DNA of 62,016 nt, counting the filler. It is 4 parts of 4 records of this genome, joined end to end, with 100 filler letters (N's around TTAATTAATTAA, not from the genome) between each part and the next. Parts side by side here need not be neighbours in the genome. Positions count along the whole stretch, not along the records: positions 19,298 to 33,062 come from SRR31147125_20518; positions 33,163 to 62,016 come from SRR31147125_20548; 2 more parts are not named here. The stretch is one strand, 5' to 3'. The translations under genes were made by a program, and so were the position numbers. The notes beneath the pieces are model-generated. The model did not search any database and was not told the origin of the DNA. It saw only the letters and a program-made list of their open reading frames with translations. Positions 30,436 through 40,390 of this stretch are shown here, one piece after another; position 1 is the stretch's first letter, and each line of letters opens with the position of its first letter.

Positions 30436-30488
30436 TACCTCCTTTTTAAAATGTATTATACTTTAAAAAAAAGATAAGGGAAGAGATT

Positions 30489-31025
30489 ATGAATAAAAAA
30501 ATTACTTGGATAACAAGATCAGCTATGCTGACTGCTTTATTAATAGCATTGCAGATGCTTACTGCAACATTTGGAAATCAACTGTTAACAGGTTCTGTTG
30601 TTAATATGATTTTGATCATATCTGTTATGACGTGCGGACTTGGGGTTGGGCTTACGGTTTCTGCTATTTCACCTATATTTGCAAAGCTTATAGGAATAGG
30701 TCCTTTTTGGCAACTGATACCTTTTATTATGATTGGTAACATGATATTAGTAACAGCATGGCACATTATTGCAAACAAACAGTTTAAATTAAAGCGTTTG
30801 GAGTATGTTGTTGCAATGGTTGTAGGTGCGGTTTTGAAGTTTGCATTTTTGTTTGTAACAATAAGCAAGTTTGCTGTGCCGATTATACTGAAACTACAAG
30901 AGCCAAAAGCATCGGTTATAGCTAATGTATTTTCGTATCCACAGCTTTTTACAGCACTCATAGGTGGTGCAATTGCAATGGTGATATTGCCTATTTTATA
31001 CAAGGCAATTAAAAATAAGAATTAG
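30489..31025 (+). CDS. ECF transporter S component
   Basis: AMLTALLIALQ, NQLLTGSVVN, IPFIMIGN, PQLFTALIGG; multiple TM helices. Confidence 0.82.
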   Translation: MNKKITWITRSAMLTALLIALQMLTATFGNQLLTGSVVNMILIISVMTCGLGVGLTVSAISPIFAKLIGIGPFWQLIPFIMIGNMILVTAWHIIANKQFKLKRLEYVVAMVVGAVLKFAFLFVTISKFAVPIILKLQEPKASVIANVFSYPQLFTALIGGAIAMVILPILYKAIKNKN

Positions 31026-31043
31026 TCATAAATTATATATCTT

Positions 31044-31088
31044 AACAAAAAACACTTAATGCAAAACTTTGTATTAAGTGTTTTTGTT
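31044..31088 (+). terminator. Intrinsic terminator
   Basis: AAAAACACTTAATGCAAA...TTTGTATTAAGTGTTTTT. Confidence 0.75.
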
Positions 31089-31216
31089 TTGGATTTGTAA
31101 ACTTTCATGCGGTGAAAGTCAAATTTTTCGCATCTATTGACTAAAAATGTTAGATTATATATACTGATACTTGTATTACCGCGTCAAAAAAAAACAATTA
31201 ATGAGGTGCACATTGC

Positions 31217-32092
31217 ATGAACAGAAAAGGTATTATTTTGGCAGGAGGGTCTGGCACTAGGCTTTACCCGATAACAAAGGGCATTTCTAAACAGCTTATT
31301 CCTATATATGACAAACCAATGATATATTATCCGCTATCAACTCTTATGCTATCGGGCATAAAAGAAGTGTTGATTATCTCTACCGAGCAGGATTTACCTA
31401 TGTTTGAAAGATTACTTGGTGATGGTAGCGAGCTTGGAATGAGGTTTGAATATAAAGTGCAAAAAGCTCCCAATGGTTTGGCTGAGGCATTTATAATTGG
31501 CGAAGATTTTATTGGTGATGATCCAGTTTCACTTGTACTTGGAGACAATATATTCTACGGAAGAGGTTTTTCTAAAATTGTTCAAAGAGCTGCTACAAGC
31601 GAAAATGCAGTTGTGTTTGGTTACTATGTTAATGACCCAAGAAGTTTTGGCGTAGTTGAGATGGCCAAAAACGGTAAAGCTATATCTATAGAAGAAAAAC
31701 CAGAGCATCCAAAATCAAAATTGGCTGTGCCTGGGCTCTATTTTTACAATAATGATGTTGTTGAAGTTGCAAAAAATATTAAACCATCACCTAGAGGAGA
31801 ACTTGAGATAACAGCTGTTAATGATTTTTATTTAAAGCAAGGTACACTTGGTGTAGAGGTTCTTGGAAGAGGAATGGCTTGGCTTGATACAGGAACATAT
31901 GATGGGCTTTCGGAAGCTTCTATGTTTGTTGAAACTGTGCAAAAACGCCAAGGAATGTATATTGCATGTATAGAAGAGATTGCATACCGTATGGGTTATA
32001 TTGATGCTGAAAGAGTTGTTGAGCTTGCTCAACCTATGGGCAAAACTGATTATGGTAAGTATCTTATTGACTTGATAGAAAACCAAATATAA
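31217..32092 (+). CDS. rfbA: Glucose-1-phosphate thymidylyltransferase
   Basis: [35 protein letters not shown]. Confidence 0.97.
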   Translation: MNRKGIILAGGSGTRLYPITKGISKQLIPIYDKPMIYYPLSTLMLSGIKEVLIISTEQDLPMFERLLGDGSELGMRFEYKVQKAPNGLAEAFIIGEDFIGDDPVSLVLGDNIFYGRGFSKIVQRAATSENAVVFGYYVNDPRSFGVVEMAKNGKAISIEEKPEHPKSKLAVPGLYFYNNDVVEVAKNIKPSPRGELEITAVNDFYLKQGTLGVEVLGRGMAWLDTGTYDGLSEASMFVETVQKRQGMYIACIEEIAYRMGYIDAERVVELAQPMGKTDYGKYLIDLIENQI

Positions 32093-32103
32093 AAAGGAGC
32101 ATA

Positions 32104-32664
32104 ATGGGCAATTTTAATCGTATAGATACTAAAATTGATGGCTTATGTATCATTGAAACCAAAAAATATGGTGACGATAGAGGATACTTTATGGAAACCT
32201 ATCATAAGCAATCTTTTAAGGATATTGGACTTGACTTGGAGTTTGTACAGGATAACCAATCAAGCTCAAAAAAAGGAGTTTTAAGAGGGCTTCATTTTCA
32301 GACCCAACATACGCAAGGAAAACTTGTGAGGGTATTGTCTGGTGAAGTGTTTGATGTTGGTGTAGACCTTAGAGCAGGTTCATCTACTTATGGGAAATGG
32401 GAAGGTGTTATACTTTCGGCAGAAAATAGAAGAATGTTTTATGTGCCAGAAGGTTTTGCTCATGGTTTTGTAGTGCTTTCTGATATGGCGGAATTTTCAT
32501 ATAAATGCACTGATTTTTATATGCCGCAGTTTGAAAGTGGAATTATTTATAATGATAAGGATATTGCAATAGATTGGCCGATAGAGGGCATAGATATTGT
32601 GCTTTCTGATAAGGATAAGAAGCTTCCAACATTTAAAGAATGCAATTTTGAATATAATGGATAA
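32104..32664 (+). CDS. rfbC: dTDP-4-dehydrorhamnose 3,5-epimerase
   Basis: DDRGYFME, GVLRGLHFQ, GFAHGF. Confidence 0.96.
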   Translation: MGNFNRIDTKIDGLCIIETKKYGDDRGYFMETYHKQSFKDIGLDLEFVQDNQSSSKKGVLRGLHFQTQHTQGKLVRVLSGEVFDVGVDLRAGSSTYGKWEGVILSAENRRMFYVPEGFAHGFVVLSDMAEFSYKCTDFYMPQFESGIIYNDKDIAIDWPIEGIDIVLSDKDKKLPTFKECNFEYNG

Positions 32665-32719
32665 ATTTAATTTTAAGCTATGACTATTTACGGATAAAAA
32701 GGAAAGGTAAAGAGATATT

Positions 32720-33062
32720 ATGAAACGCATGTTAGTTACAGGTGGTGCTGGTTTTATCGGTTCTAACTTTATAAAATATGTTTTAAACAAGGACAAAGAT
32801 TTAGAGATAGTAAACTTAGATGCACTGACATATGCAGGTAACTTAGAAAACCTTAAGGATGTAATTGATACCCCGCGAAATATATTTGTTAAAGGTGATA
32901 TTGCCGATAGGGAACTTGTCAGTGAACTGTTTAAAAAACACGATTTTGACTATGTCGTTAATTTTGCTGCTGAATCTCATGTTGATAGAAGCATCGAAGA
33001 TCCAGAGCTTTTTTTGAGAACAAATATAATGGGTACTCAGTGTCTTTTGGATGAAGCTAAAA
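32720..33062 (+). CDS. rfbB: dTDP-glucose 4,6-dehydratase, 3'-truncated
   Basis: VTGGAGFIGSNF, DALTYAGN, AAESHVDRSI. Confidence 0.95.
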
Positions 33063-33162
33063 NNNNNNNNNNNNNNNNNNNNNNNNNNNNNNNNNNNNNN
33101 NNNNNNTTAATTAATTAANNNNNNNNNNNNNNNNNNNNNNNNNNNNNNNNNNNNNNNNNNNN
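33063..33162. other. Artificial contig linker
   Basis: N44-TTAATTAATTAA-N44. Confidence 0.98.
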
Positions 33163-33255
33163 TCAAATTGGGATATCAAACAGGTCGGTGAGTACGAACT
33201 TAACCGTTACAGAAACCCGAAAATGCTCTGGGAACTGGTTCTGCAGAAACGATAA
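33163..33255 (+). CDS. 3' end of an unidentified gene cut by the contig edge
   Basis: Open frame SNWDIKQVGEYELNRYRNPKMLWELVLQKR*. Confidence 0.4.
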   Translation, partial: SNWDIKQVGEYELNRYRNPKMLWELVLQKR

Positions 33256-33309
33256 TATGTGAGTAAGCCGCTGAACATTTCTTGGCGTCAGGATAAAGAG
33301 GTTGGTACG

Positions 33310-34377
33310 ATGAACAAAGCACACATATATCCGGCAATACAGGCTGTCCTAGCGGCTGTATTGTTTGGTATAAGCACACCGTTAGCCAAGGTGCTGCTGG
33401 GGAATGTTGAGCCGGTCACCTTGGCCGCTTTTTTGTACCTGGGCAGCGGCATCGGCTTGGCGCTGTTTCAAGCGTTTAAACGCGTGAATAAAAAGCATAT
33501 AAAAAGCGAAGCCGCGCTGTCCGGAAAGGACCTCCCATGGTTGATTGGAGCCATCGCGTTTGGCGGTATCTTAGCTCCCATTATTTCCATGGTGAGCCTC
33601 AACAGGACGCCGGCTTCGACAGCGTCGCTGCTTTTAAATTTCGAGGGTGTCGCCACGGCGCTCATCGCGCTGCTCGTCTTTAAAGAAAATATCGGAAAAA
33701 GAGTAGGCATCGCCATCGCTTTAATCACGCTGTCTAGCATTATCCTCTCCTGGGATTTCAGCAACAGCTGGGGCGTATCACTCGGCGCGCTGGGTATTAT
33801 CCTGGCCTGTATCTGCTGGGGGATCGATAATAACCTGACCCGTAATATTTCGTCTAAAAGCCCCTATACGATTGTGGCGTTTAAGGGAATCGGAGCCGGT
33901 GGGTTTTCGCTGTGCTTGTCGTTTGCTCTCGGCAATCCGTTCCCGGATGTAAAAATCATCTTTTTGGCCATGCTGCTGGGCTTTTTCAGCTACGGGCTCA
34001 GTATCGTTTTATTTGTTTTGGCCATGCGGAATTTGGGCAGCGCCAGAACGAGCGCCTATTTCGGGGCCGCGCCCTTCATCGGGGCGCTGCTGTCCTTCAT
34101 CATCTATAAAACCCTGCCGGGCGCGATGTTTATCATAGCCTTTCCGCTCATGATAGCAGGGGCTATACTATTACTGAAAGATACGCACGAGCATGCGCAC
34201 AATCATGAGCCGGGGAGACATGAGCATAAACATACGCATGATGACGGGCATCACGATCATCAGCATGAGGACATACCGGATTTCATGCATCTAGCACACT
34301 CGCATGTGCACGAGCACGCCGCGTTGGCGCATTCGCACCCGCACACGCCGGATATCAACCACCGGCACAGCCATTAA
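33310..34377 (+). CDS. DMT/EamA transporter with His-rich C-terminal tail
   Basis: 10-TM EamA pattern (WGIDNNLTR); tail HEHAHNHEPGRHEHKHTHDDGHHDH...HTPDINHRHSH; GAGG RBS. Confidence 0.9.
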   Translation: MNKAHIYPAIQAVLAAVLFGISTPLAKVLLGNVEPVTLAAFLYLGSGIGLALFQAFKRVNKKHIKSEAALSGKDLPWLIGAIAFGGILAPIISMVSLNRTPASTASLLLNFEGVATALIALLVFKENIGKRVGIAIALITLSSIILSWDFSNSWGVSLGALGIILACICWGIDNNLTRNISSKSPYTIVAFKGIGAGGFSLCLSFALGNPFPDVKIIFLAMLLGFFSYGLSIVLFVLAMRNLGSARTSAYFGAAPFIGALLSFIIYKTLPGAMFIIAFPLMIAGAILLLKDTHEHAHNHEPGRHEHKHTHDDGHHDHQHEDIPDFMHLAHSHVHEHAALAHSHPHTPDINHRHSH

Positions 34378-34417
34378 AGGACGACGAACGTGGCAGAGCG
34401 CTTATAATAACGCAAAA

Positions 34418-34440
34418 CAGGCGGCCAGTTTGGCCGCCTG
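34418..34440. terminator. Terminator hairpin between convergent genes
   Basis: CAGGCGGCCA-GTT-TGGCCGCCTG. Confidence 0.7.
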
Positions 34441-34461
34441 CTACTTTATAGAATGCTTTAT

Positions 34462-35112
34462 TTAATTACTGGCGGGTTTTAGTGTCTCGAGCCCGGTTTT
34501 GCAGTATTCCCGGATGCTGCAGATTTCGCATTTGGGCTTTCGGGCGGGACAGACGGCCCGGCCGTGCAATACGAGCCGGTGGCAGAAGTCGGACGATTTC
34601 TCCGGCGGGAGGAGCGCGGCGAGCGCCTTCTCAATTTTAACGGGGTCTTTTGTGTCAACGAGGCCGATGCGGTTTGTCAGCCGGATGCAGTGCGTGTCCA
34701 CGACGACGGCCGGCTTGTCGAATACATCGCCGAGAATGAGATTGGCTGTTTTTCGGCCGACGCCGGGCAGCTTTAAAAGATCCTCCATATTATCGGGAAC
34801 ATGTCCGCCGAAGTCTTTGAGGATCATCTGCGACGCGCCGACGATGTCGCGCGCTTTCGTATGATAAAAACCGCATGAGCGGATATACTCTTCAACGTCC
34901 TCAATATCGGCTGCGGCGATGGCCTCAAGCGTCGGGTATGCCTTATAAAAGGCGGGTGTTATTTTGTTGACGCGCTCGTCGGTGCACTGCGCCGCCAGAC
35001 GCGCTGAAAACAACAGCTCGTAGTCCTTTAAATAGTTCAGCGAACACAGCGCGTCTGGATAATCCTGCTCTAAAAGCCGGATCATTTCGTTAATGTGCTT
35101 TTTTGGCTGCAT
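34462..35112 (-). CDS. nth: Endonuclease III
   Basis: AQCTDERVN, LPGVGRKTAN (HhH), VDTH, CPARKPKCEICSIREYC [4Fe-4S]. Confidence 0.96.
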   Translation of the reverse strand: MQPKKHINEMIRLLEQDYPDALCSLNYLKDYELLFSARLAAQCTDERVNKITPAFYKAYPTLEAIAAADIEDVEEYIRSCGFYHTKARDIVGASQMILKDFGGHVPDNMEDLLKLPGVGRKTANLILGDVFDKPAVVVDTHCIRLTNRIGLVDTKDPVKIEKALAALLPPEKSSDFCHRLVLHGRAVCPARKPKCEICSIREYCKTGLETLKPASN

Positions 35113-35177
35113 CGTTATACTCCGTCATCTCTGTGATATATAAGCTATGATAGCACACTGGTACGATTATTTAAACT

Positions 35178-35200
35178 GCGATATATTAATCCGCCCCTAC
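35178..35200 (-). repeat. Degenerate single GTAG-type REP
   Basis: GCGATATATTAATCCGCCCCTAC shares AATCCGCCCCTAC with the element at 41837-41861. Confidence 0.5.
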
Positions 35201-35331
35201 GTCAGTAAATCAGCATTACTGAGATGAGATAAGGCTCGCAATTTGGCACGGTCTGCCATTTAAAAGATGCGTTAGTCTCAAACTGCCTACAAAGACCGTG
35301 TCGAATTACAATATTTTTTGAAGATTATCTG

Positions 35332-35360
35332 TTGAAAAGTGCGAATGACTTCTATATAAT
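35332..35360 (+). promoter_or_regulatory. Sigma-A promoter of glyA
   Basis: TTGAAA-17-TATAAT. Confidence 0.7.
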
Positions 35361-35398
35361 GTGTCTGTTATTCTAAAGTTTAAGTTGGAGGAAAACCC

Positions 35399-36646
35399 GT
35401 GATTAAAGAAACGATGGCATTTGTATCCAGCTACGACCCTGAGGTCGGCGCCGCGATTGAAAGGGAATATGCTCGTCAGCGCAGGAATCTTGAGCTGATT
35501 GCGTCCGAGAACTTGGTCAGCGAAGCCGTTTTAATGGCCGCCGGCACGGTTTTAACGAATAAATACGCGGAAGGATACCCCGGTCACCGTTATTACGGCG
35601 GCTGTGAGGAGGTCGACGTCGTAGAGTCGATCGCCATTGAGCGCGCTAAAAAGCTCTTCGGCGCGAAGTTTGCCAACGTCCAGCCCCATTCCGGCGTATC
35701 GGCCAATTATGCGGCCTATATGGTCCTCACTAAGCCGGGTGATACGGTGCTGGGTATGAACCTTGATCACGGCGGCCATCTGTCCCACGGCAGTGCGGCC
35801 AACTTTTCCGGGAAATATTATAATATTGTCTCCTACGGCGTTACCGATGATACCAACGTTATCGACTACGACGCCCTGCGGGAGCTGGCCAAAAAGCACC
35901 AGCCGAAAATGATCGTAGCGGGTGCGTCGGCCTATCCGCGCGTCATTGACTTTAAGGCGTTCTCCGAGATTGCCAAAGAGGTTGGCGCGTACCTGATGGT
36001 TGATATCGCGCACATTGCCGGCCTGGTCGCGGCTGGCGAGCATCCGTCGCCCGTTCCGTATGCCGATATCGTCACAACAACGACCCATAAGACGCTGCGG
36101 GGGCCGAGAGGCGGCCTGCTCCTCACAAACGACGAGAAAATTGCCAAGAAAATCAACAGCGCCGTGTTCCCGGGCGCGCAGGGTGGCCCGCTGATGCATG
36201 TCATCGCGGCGAAAGCCATTGCGCTGGGCGAAGCATTGAAGCCCGATTTTAAGGTCTATCAGCAGCAGATTCGTAAAAACGCCAAGGCGCTGGCCGCCGA
36301 GCTGTTAAACCGCGGGTTCGACCTCGTCTCCGGCGGTACGGACAATCATCTCATGCTTGTCGACCTCCGGAAGTTTAACACGACGGGGCGCGACATGGAG
36401 CGGCTCCTCGACACGGTGTACATCACGGCCAACAAGAATAAAATCCCCAACGACCCGCAAAACGCCTCGCTTACGAGCGGTATTCGCCTCGGGACGCCGG
36501 CCGTCACAACACGCGGCCTGAAGGAAGAGGACATGACAAAAATCGGCGAGCTCATATACCTGACGGCGGCCGATTATGATAACAAGGCCGACTATATCCG
36601 TGACGAGGTCAATAAGCTGACAGCAAAGTATCCTTTGTACGACTGA
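35399..36646 (+). CDS. glyA: Serine hydroxymethyltransferase
   Basis: [34 protein letters not shown]. Confidence 0.98.
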   Translation: MIKETMAFVSSYDPEVGAAIEREYARQRRNLELIASENLVSEAVLMAAGTVLTNKYAEGYPGHRYYGGCEEVDVVESIAIERAKKLFGAKFANVQPHSGVSANYAAYMVLTKPGDTVLGMNLDHGGHLSHGSAANFSGKYYNIVSYGVTDDTNVIDYDALRELAKKHQPKMIVAGASAYPRVIDFKAFSEIAKEVGAYLMVDIAHIAGLVAAGEHPSPVPYADIVTTTTHKTLRGPRGGLLLTNDEKIAKKINSAVFPGAQGGPLMHVIAAKAIALGEALKPDFKVYQQQIRKNAKALAAELLNRGFDLVSGGTDNHLMLVDLRKFNTTGRDMERLLDTVYITANKNKIPNDPQNASLTSGIRLGTPAVTTRGLKEEDMTKIGELIYLTAADYDNKADYIRDEVNKLTAKYPLYD

Positions 36647-36665
36647 ATCTGAATACAAAATGCTT

Positions 36666-36692
36666 AGGGCGGGAGAAATCCCGCCCTTTTTT
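36666..36692 (+). terminator. glyA terminator
   Basis: AGGGCGGGA-GAAA-TCCCGCCC then T-run; near-identical hairpin at 38611-38633. Confidence 0.85.
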
Positions 36693-36744
36693 TGTTTGAA
36701 GCACGGTTTAAAGTCTGGCTATCCTGTGAACGTGGCACAACGAC

Positions 36745-36910
36745 GCCATACAGAAAAAGCTCGATTATATTCCCGGGGAAATAAACCTCTTCAGAGATAT
36801 GACCGGGAGCGAATATCTGAAATTTACGGAAAAACCAGGCTGACCGGTAAAACGAGCTTCTCGAGCGGTTTGACTCTGACCCCCAAGGGCAAGATTGCAC
36901 ATCTAAGCTT
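36745..36910 (+). pseudogene. Eroded fragment of an ABC-2-type ATP-binding gene
   Basis: AIQKKLDYIPGEINLFRDMTGSEYLKF*, then NELLERFDSDP and PKGKIAHLS in shifted frames. Confidence 0.55.
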
Positions 36911-36997
36911 TATAGCAGAAAAAGCGAGCCACCGTTTTTAATACCGGCGGCTCGCGTCTTATTGTGTGCTTACTATATAACGATCTGTATTAGGGCT

Positions 36998-37723
36998 TTA
37001 ATCGTCCTCAAGCAGATAGCGGAGCATTCTTTCCGGCTGATCGAGAAACATTTTCATGATTTTGTAGTTCTCAGAGTCCTTGTACAATACGCTATCAACA
37101 CCGGTCTCTGTGATCTGATAAATCGCCGCGTCCGGGTAAGCCAATAGGACAGGGGAGTGGGTGGCGATTATAAACTGCGATCGCGCGTCTACGAGACGAC
37201 TGATCTCAGCCAGTAGAGTCATCTGCCGGGTGGGGGACAGCGCGGCTTCCGGCTCGTCCAAGATATAAAGGCCGTTTCCCCGGAAACGGTTCGACACAAG
37301 GGCCATAAAGCTTTCTCCGTGAGACTGGGCGTGCAAAGACCGGCCGCCATAGCCGCCAAGGTTTAATCCCAGCTCGTCCACCTGTGTGGCGACGTTATAA
37401 AAGCTCTCCGCGCGCAGGAAAAAGCCGTCCTTTTCACGCGCCGCCCTTGTCAGCGTGAGATATTTATATAGGTCGGAGGTTGTTTGCCTGGTTGAGAAAT
37501 CAAAGTTTTTGGAGCCGCCCTCCGCGTTGAAGCCGGCACAGATGGCAAGCGCTTCAATAAGGGTCGATTTCCCTGTGCCGTTTTCGCCGATAAAGAAGGT
37601 GACGGGGGCATTGAATGTCAGTTTTCCGGCGTTGAACAGCCATTTAACAACGGGCAGTTCCGACAGATACGAGGTATCGTCAAAATGCTTGATTTTAGCC
37701 TGACTGATATAAAGCTGTTCCAA
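36998..37723 (-). CDS. Predicted ABC-like ATPase (AAA_21/COG3910 type)
   Basis: GENGTGKST, FFLRAESF, QSHGESF, LDEPEAALSP, IIATHSP. Confidence 0.88.
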   Translation of the reverse strand: MEQLYISQAKIKHFDDTSYLSELPVVKWLFNAGKLTFNAPVTFFIGENGTGKSTLIEALAICAGFNAEGGSKNFDFSTRQTTSDLYKYLTLTRAAREKDGFFLRAESFYNVATQVDELGLNLGGYGGRSLHAQSHGESFMALVSNRFRGNGLYILDEPEAALSPTRQMTLLAEISRLVDARSQFIIATHSPVLLAYPDAAIYQITETGVDSVLYKDSENYKIMKMFLDQPERMLRYLLEDD

Positions 37724-37741
37724 GGACGTTCTCCTGTCTGC

Positions 37742-38491
37742 TTATGAAACCGGGATAGCCGTGAGCAGCTCGTCGTACAGCGCGCGTGTTTCAGCTTCTG
37801 AACTCGTATTCAATATGAGCGTGACGTCGGATGTTATCAGGTAGATAAACGGCGGTGCCGACGTGTCAAGAAAAACTGTGACTGGCCCGATGTCGGAGCT
37901 GCAGTGTCCCTTGAGAATAGAGCCAGCGCCGCCATACCCGTTGGTTCGGGACAGGTTTTCCGGCAGCTGCGTCTTGAGCTCAAGGCTCTCAATATCCGAC
38001 AGGTTAACGGTGAGTCCGTACATCGATTCAATGGTGAAAACACCGTCTGCAGCCGATACGGTATAGACGGGCGGGCGCGCGCCAATCACGACAATTGCTG
38101 TTGAGCCGCCGGCTGTCAGTAAAATAAACGCGCCGATGATGATGCTGAGAACGAGCTTGCGGTTGCCGGTCATTTCCGGCTTTTTATATTCATAACCCTC
38201 TGCAAAGCATTTTGTATTGGCGTAATAAATCAATACGGCGACCGCCGCGCACAGGAAGACGGCGTAAAAGACTGTATAAGCGGCGCTGTGAATGTAAATA
38301 AGCGGAATGGTTGCAACAGCTGTGAGCAGCAGCATGATACCGACGGCACGGGCCAGTTTTTTCTGGTCGTACTTTTTCTTTTCCTCCGCACCCATCGTGT
38401 TATACCCGGCGATCATCCAGGCGCCTTTACCCAGTATCAAAAGGATGGACATGACCAATAAAATGCCAATAACAATCCAGAAAGCAACCAT
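37742..38491 (-). CDS. DUF3784-type membrane protein with C-terminal PH-like domain
   Basis: GKGAWMIAGYNTMGAEEKKKYD; RTNGYG..LKG. Start moved to 38491 by a GGGAG RBS and TTGAAC-17-TAAAAT upstream. Confidence 0.75.
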   Translation of the reverse strand: MVAFWIVIGILLVMSILLILGKGAWMIAGYNTMGAEEKKKYDQKKLARAVGIMLLLTAVATIPLIYIHSAAYTVFYAVFLCAAVAVLIYYANTKCFAEGYEYKKPEMTGNRKLVLSIIIGAFILLTAGGSTAIVVIGARPPVYTVSAADGVFTIESMYGLTVNLSDIESLELKTQLPENLSRTNGYGGAGSILKGHCSSDIGPVTVFLDTSAPPFIYLITSDVTLILNTSSEAETRALYDELLTAIPVS

Positions 38492-38811
38492 AAAACCGGC
38501 TCCCAACATGATTAATTCTTGCTGTATTTTACCATAAGGCGTCGTCGCGTTCAATATATTCCATAGCCCGTACGATCAGATGTCATCACAAAATCCACAG
38601 CTAGTTTTTCAGGCGGGAGAAATTCCGCCTTTTACTGTGTATCCATGCATTTGCCCTTTGCCGGGGTGTTGTTGGTGGAACGATTCAATTTACGGTTGAT
38701 ATTTTACCAAATGTCGGGTAGATTGTAATGTAACACTAAGCTCCCGTTGCTGCCGTACGGTTCTTCCAGCACGCGGAACGCGAGCTGATTTACTGGTAAG
38801 GCGGTGATTTT

Positions 38812-40083
38812 ATGTACAGGCCTTTGGCCGACGAGATACGGCCGACGTCTCTGGACGATGTTGTCGGGCAGGAGCACATACTGGGAGAAAGAGGTCTTCT
38901 GAGGCGGATCATCTCTAGCGGCAATATTCCGAACATGATCTTTTACGGCCCGTCCGGCTCCGGCAAAACGACGGTCGCCAGCATCATCGCGAGCCGGTCC
39001 GGCCGGACGCTGCACAAGCTTAACGCCACGACGGCCAGTACGGCGGATATTAAGAACATCATCGCCGACCTTGATACGCTGCTTGCCCCCAACGGTGTGC
39101 TGCTGTATCTCGACGAGATTCAGTACTTCAATAAAAAACAGCAGCAGTCTCTTCTGGAGTTTATCGAAAACGGGAAAATCACGCTCATCGCCTCTACGAC
39201 AGAAAATCCTTATTTCTACGTGTATAATGCTATATTAAGCCGAAGTACCGTCTTTGAATTTAAGCAGCTGACGGCCAGGTCCGTCGAGCCGGCTGTTGCG
39301 CGGGCTTTTCGGCTCATGGAAGAGCGCGAAAACGTGACGGCTGATATAGAAGACGACGTCGCTGCGCATATCGCATCTACTTGCGGCGGCGACGTTAGAA
39401 AAGCGATTAACACCGTCGAGCTGTTGTTTTCAGCGTCAGAACGGAGCGCGGATCAAAAGACGATCACCCTGGAGGATGCCAAGGTCCTCTCCCAGAAAAG
39501 CGCCATGCGGTACGACCGGGAAGGGGACAGCCATTACGATATTCTTTCGGCGCTGCAGAAATCCATACGCGGGTCCGACCCGGATGCGGCGGTGCATTAT
39601 CTGGCGCGGCTGATGGAAGCGGGGGATCTGCTCTCGGCCTGCCGGCGTCTCTTGGTTATTGCCTCTGAGGATATCGGCCTGGCGTTTCCCCAGGCGATCG
39701 CCATCGTCAAGGCCTGCGTCGACAGCGCTCTCCAGCTGGGTCTGCCCGAAGCGCGCATACCGCTGGCCGAGGCGGCCGTCCTGCTGGCCACAGCACCGAA
39801 ATCCAATTCCGCTTATGTCGCGCTGGACGCGGCGCAGGCGGACATCCGTAATGGAAAGAGCGGCGATATCCCGCGCGAGCTGCAAAATGTCCACGCCGAC
39901 AGCGCGGGGCTTGAGCGTGATCAAAACTATAAATATCCGCACAGCTATCCCGGCCGGTGGGTCCGGCAGCAATACTTGCCGGACGCCATCAAAAACGCTC
40001 GATATTATGAGTACGCCGACAACAAAACGGAGCAGGCGGCTAAAAAATATTGGGATATAGTCAAGGGCGGCGACAACGCATAG
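38812..40083 (+). CDS. rarA: Replication-associated recombination protein A (MgsA/RarA)
   Basis: PLADEIRP, GPSGSGKTT, TTENP, SALQKSIRGSD, ASEDIG, PKSNS. Confidence 0.95.
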   Translation: MYRPLADEIRPTSLDDVVGQEHILGERGLLRRIISSGNIPNMIFYGPSGSGKTTVASIIASRSGRTLHKLNATTASTADIKNIIADLDTLLAPNGVLLYLDEIQYFNKKQQQSLLEFIENGKITLIASTTENPYFYVYNAILSRSTVFEFKQLTARSVEPAVARAFRLMEERENVTADIEDDVAAHIASTCGGDVRKAINTVELLFSASERSADQKTITLEDAKVLSQKSAMRYDREGDSHYDILSALQKSIRGSDPDAAVHYLARLMEAGDLLSACRRLLVIASEDIGLAFPQAIAIVKACVDSALQLGLPEARIPLAEAAVLLATAPKSNSAYVALDAAQADIRNGKSGDIPRELQNVHADSAGLERDQNYKYPHSYPGRWVRQQYLPDAIKNARYYEYADNKTEQAAKKYWDIVKGGDNA

Positions 40084-40117
40084 GGCCGATCATGGCTGTC
40101 CGGAAGGAGACGATCGA

Positions 40118-40313
40118 ATGGACGTTCGGGTCGGCGATGTGCTGACGATGAAAAAAGCACCCCTGCGGGTCGCACGATTTTCTGGTGCTGCGCATCGGGG
40201 CGGATTTTAAGCTGCGCTGCCGGGGCTGCGCCCACGAGATTATGAACGCGAGAAGCCATATTGAGAAGAATATCAAAAAGATTGTCCGTGATGATGTGGA
40301 AATCAAGGTTTGA
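40118..40313 (+). pseudogene. DUF951-family small protein with a frameshift in an A6 run (missing from the ORF track)
   Basis: GGAAGGAG RBS; MDVRVGDVLTMKK then shifted HPCGSHDFLVLRIGADFKLRCRGCAHEIM...IEKNIKKIV. Confidence 0.8.
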
Positions 40314-40390
40314 ATATAAAATGGCCCAGTATGGGCCGCGGCTTGTCCAACATAAAAGGGCTGCCCGAGCAGGACAGCCCCATGAAGACA

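Noticed and set aside
7747-33162. Three identical TTAATTAATTAA motifs in N-runs as a biological repeat, and functional links across them
   Set aside because: Artificial contig linkers; flanking DNA differs in composition and apparent taxonomy
35113-35398. ZTP, THF or glycine riboswitch ahead of glyA
   Set aside because: The promoter sits only about 40 nt from the start codon and no conserved riboswitch motif was recognised
38739-38786. Imperfect hairpin in the rarA leader
   Set aside because: Several bulges in GC-rich DNA; could arise by chance
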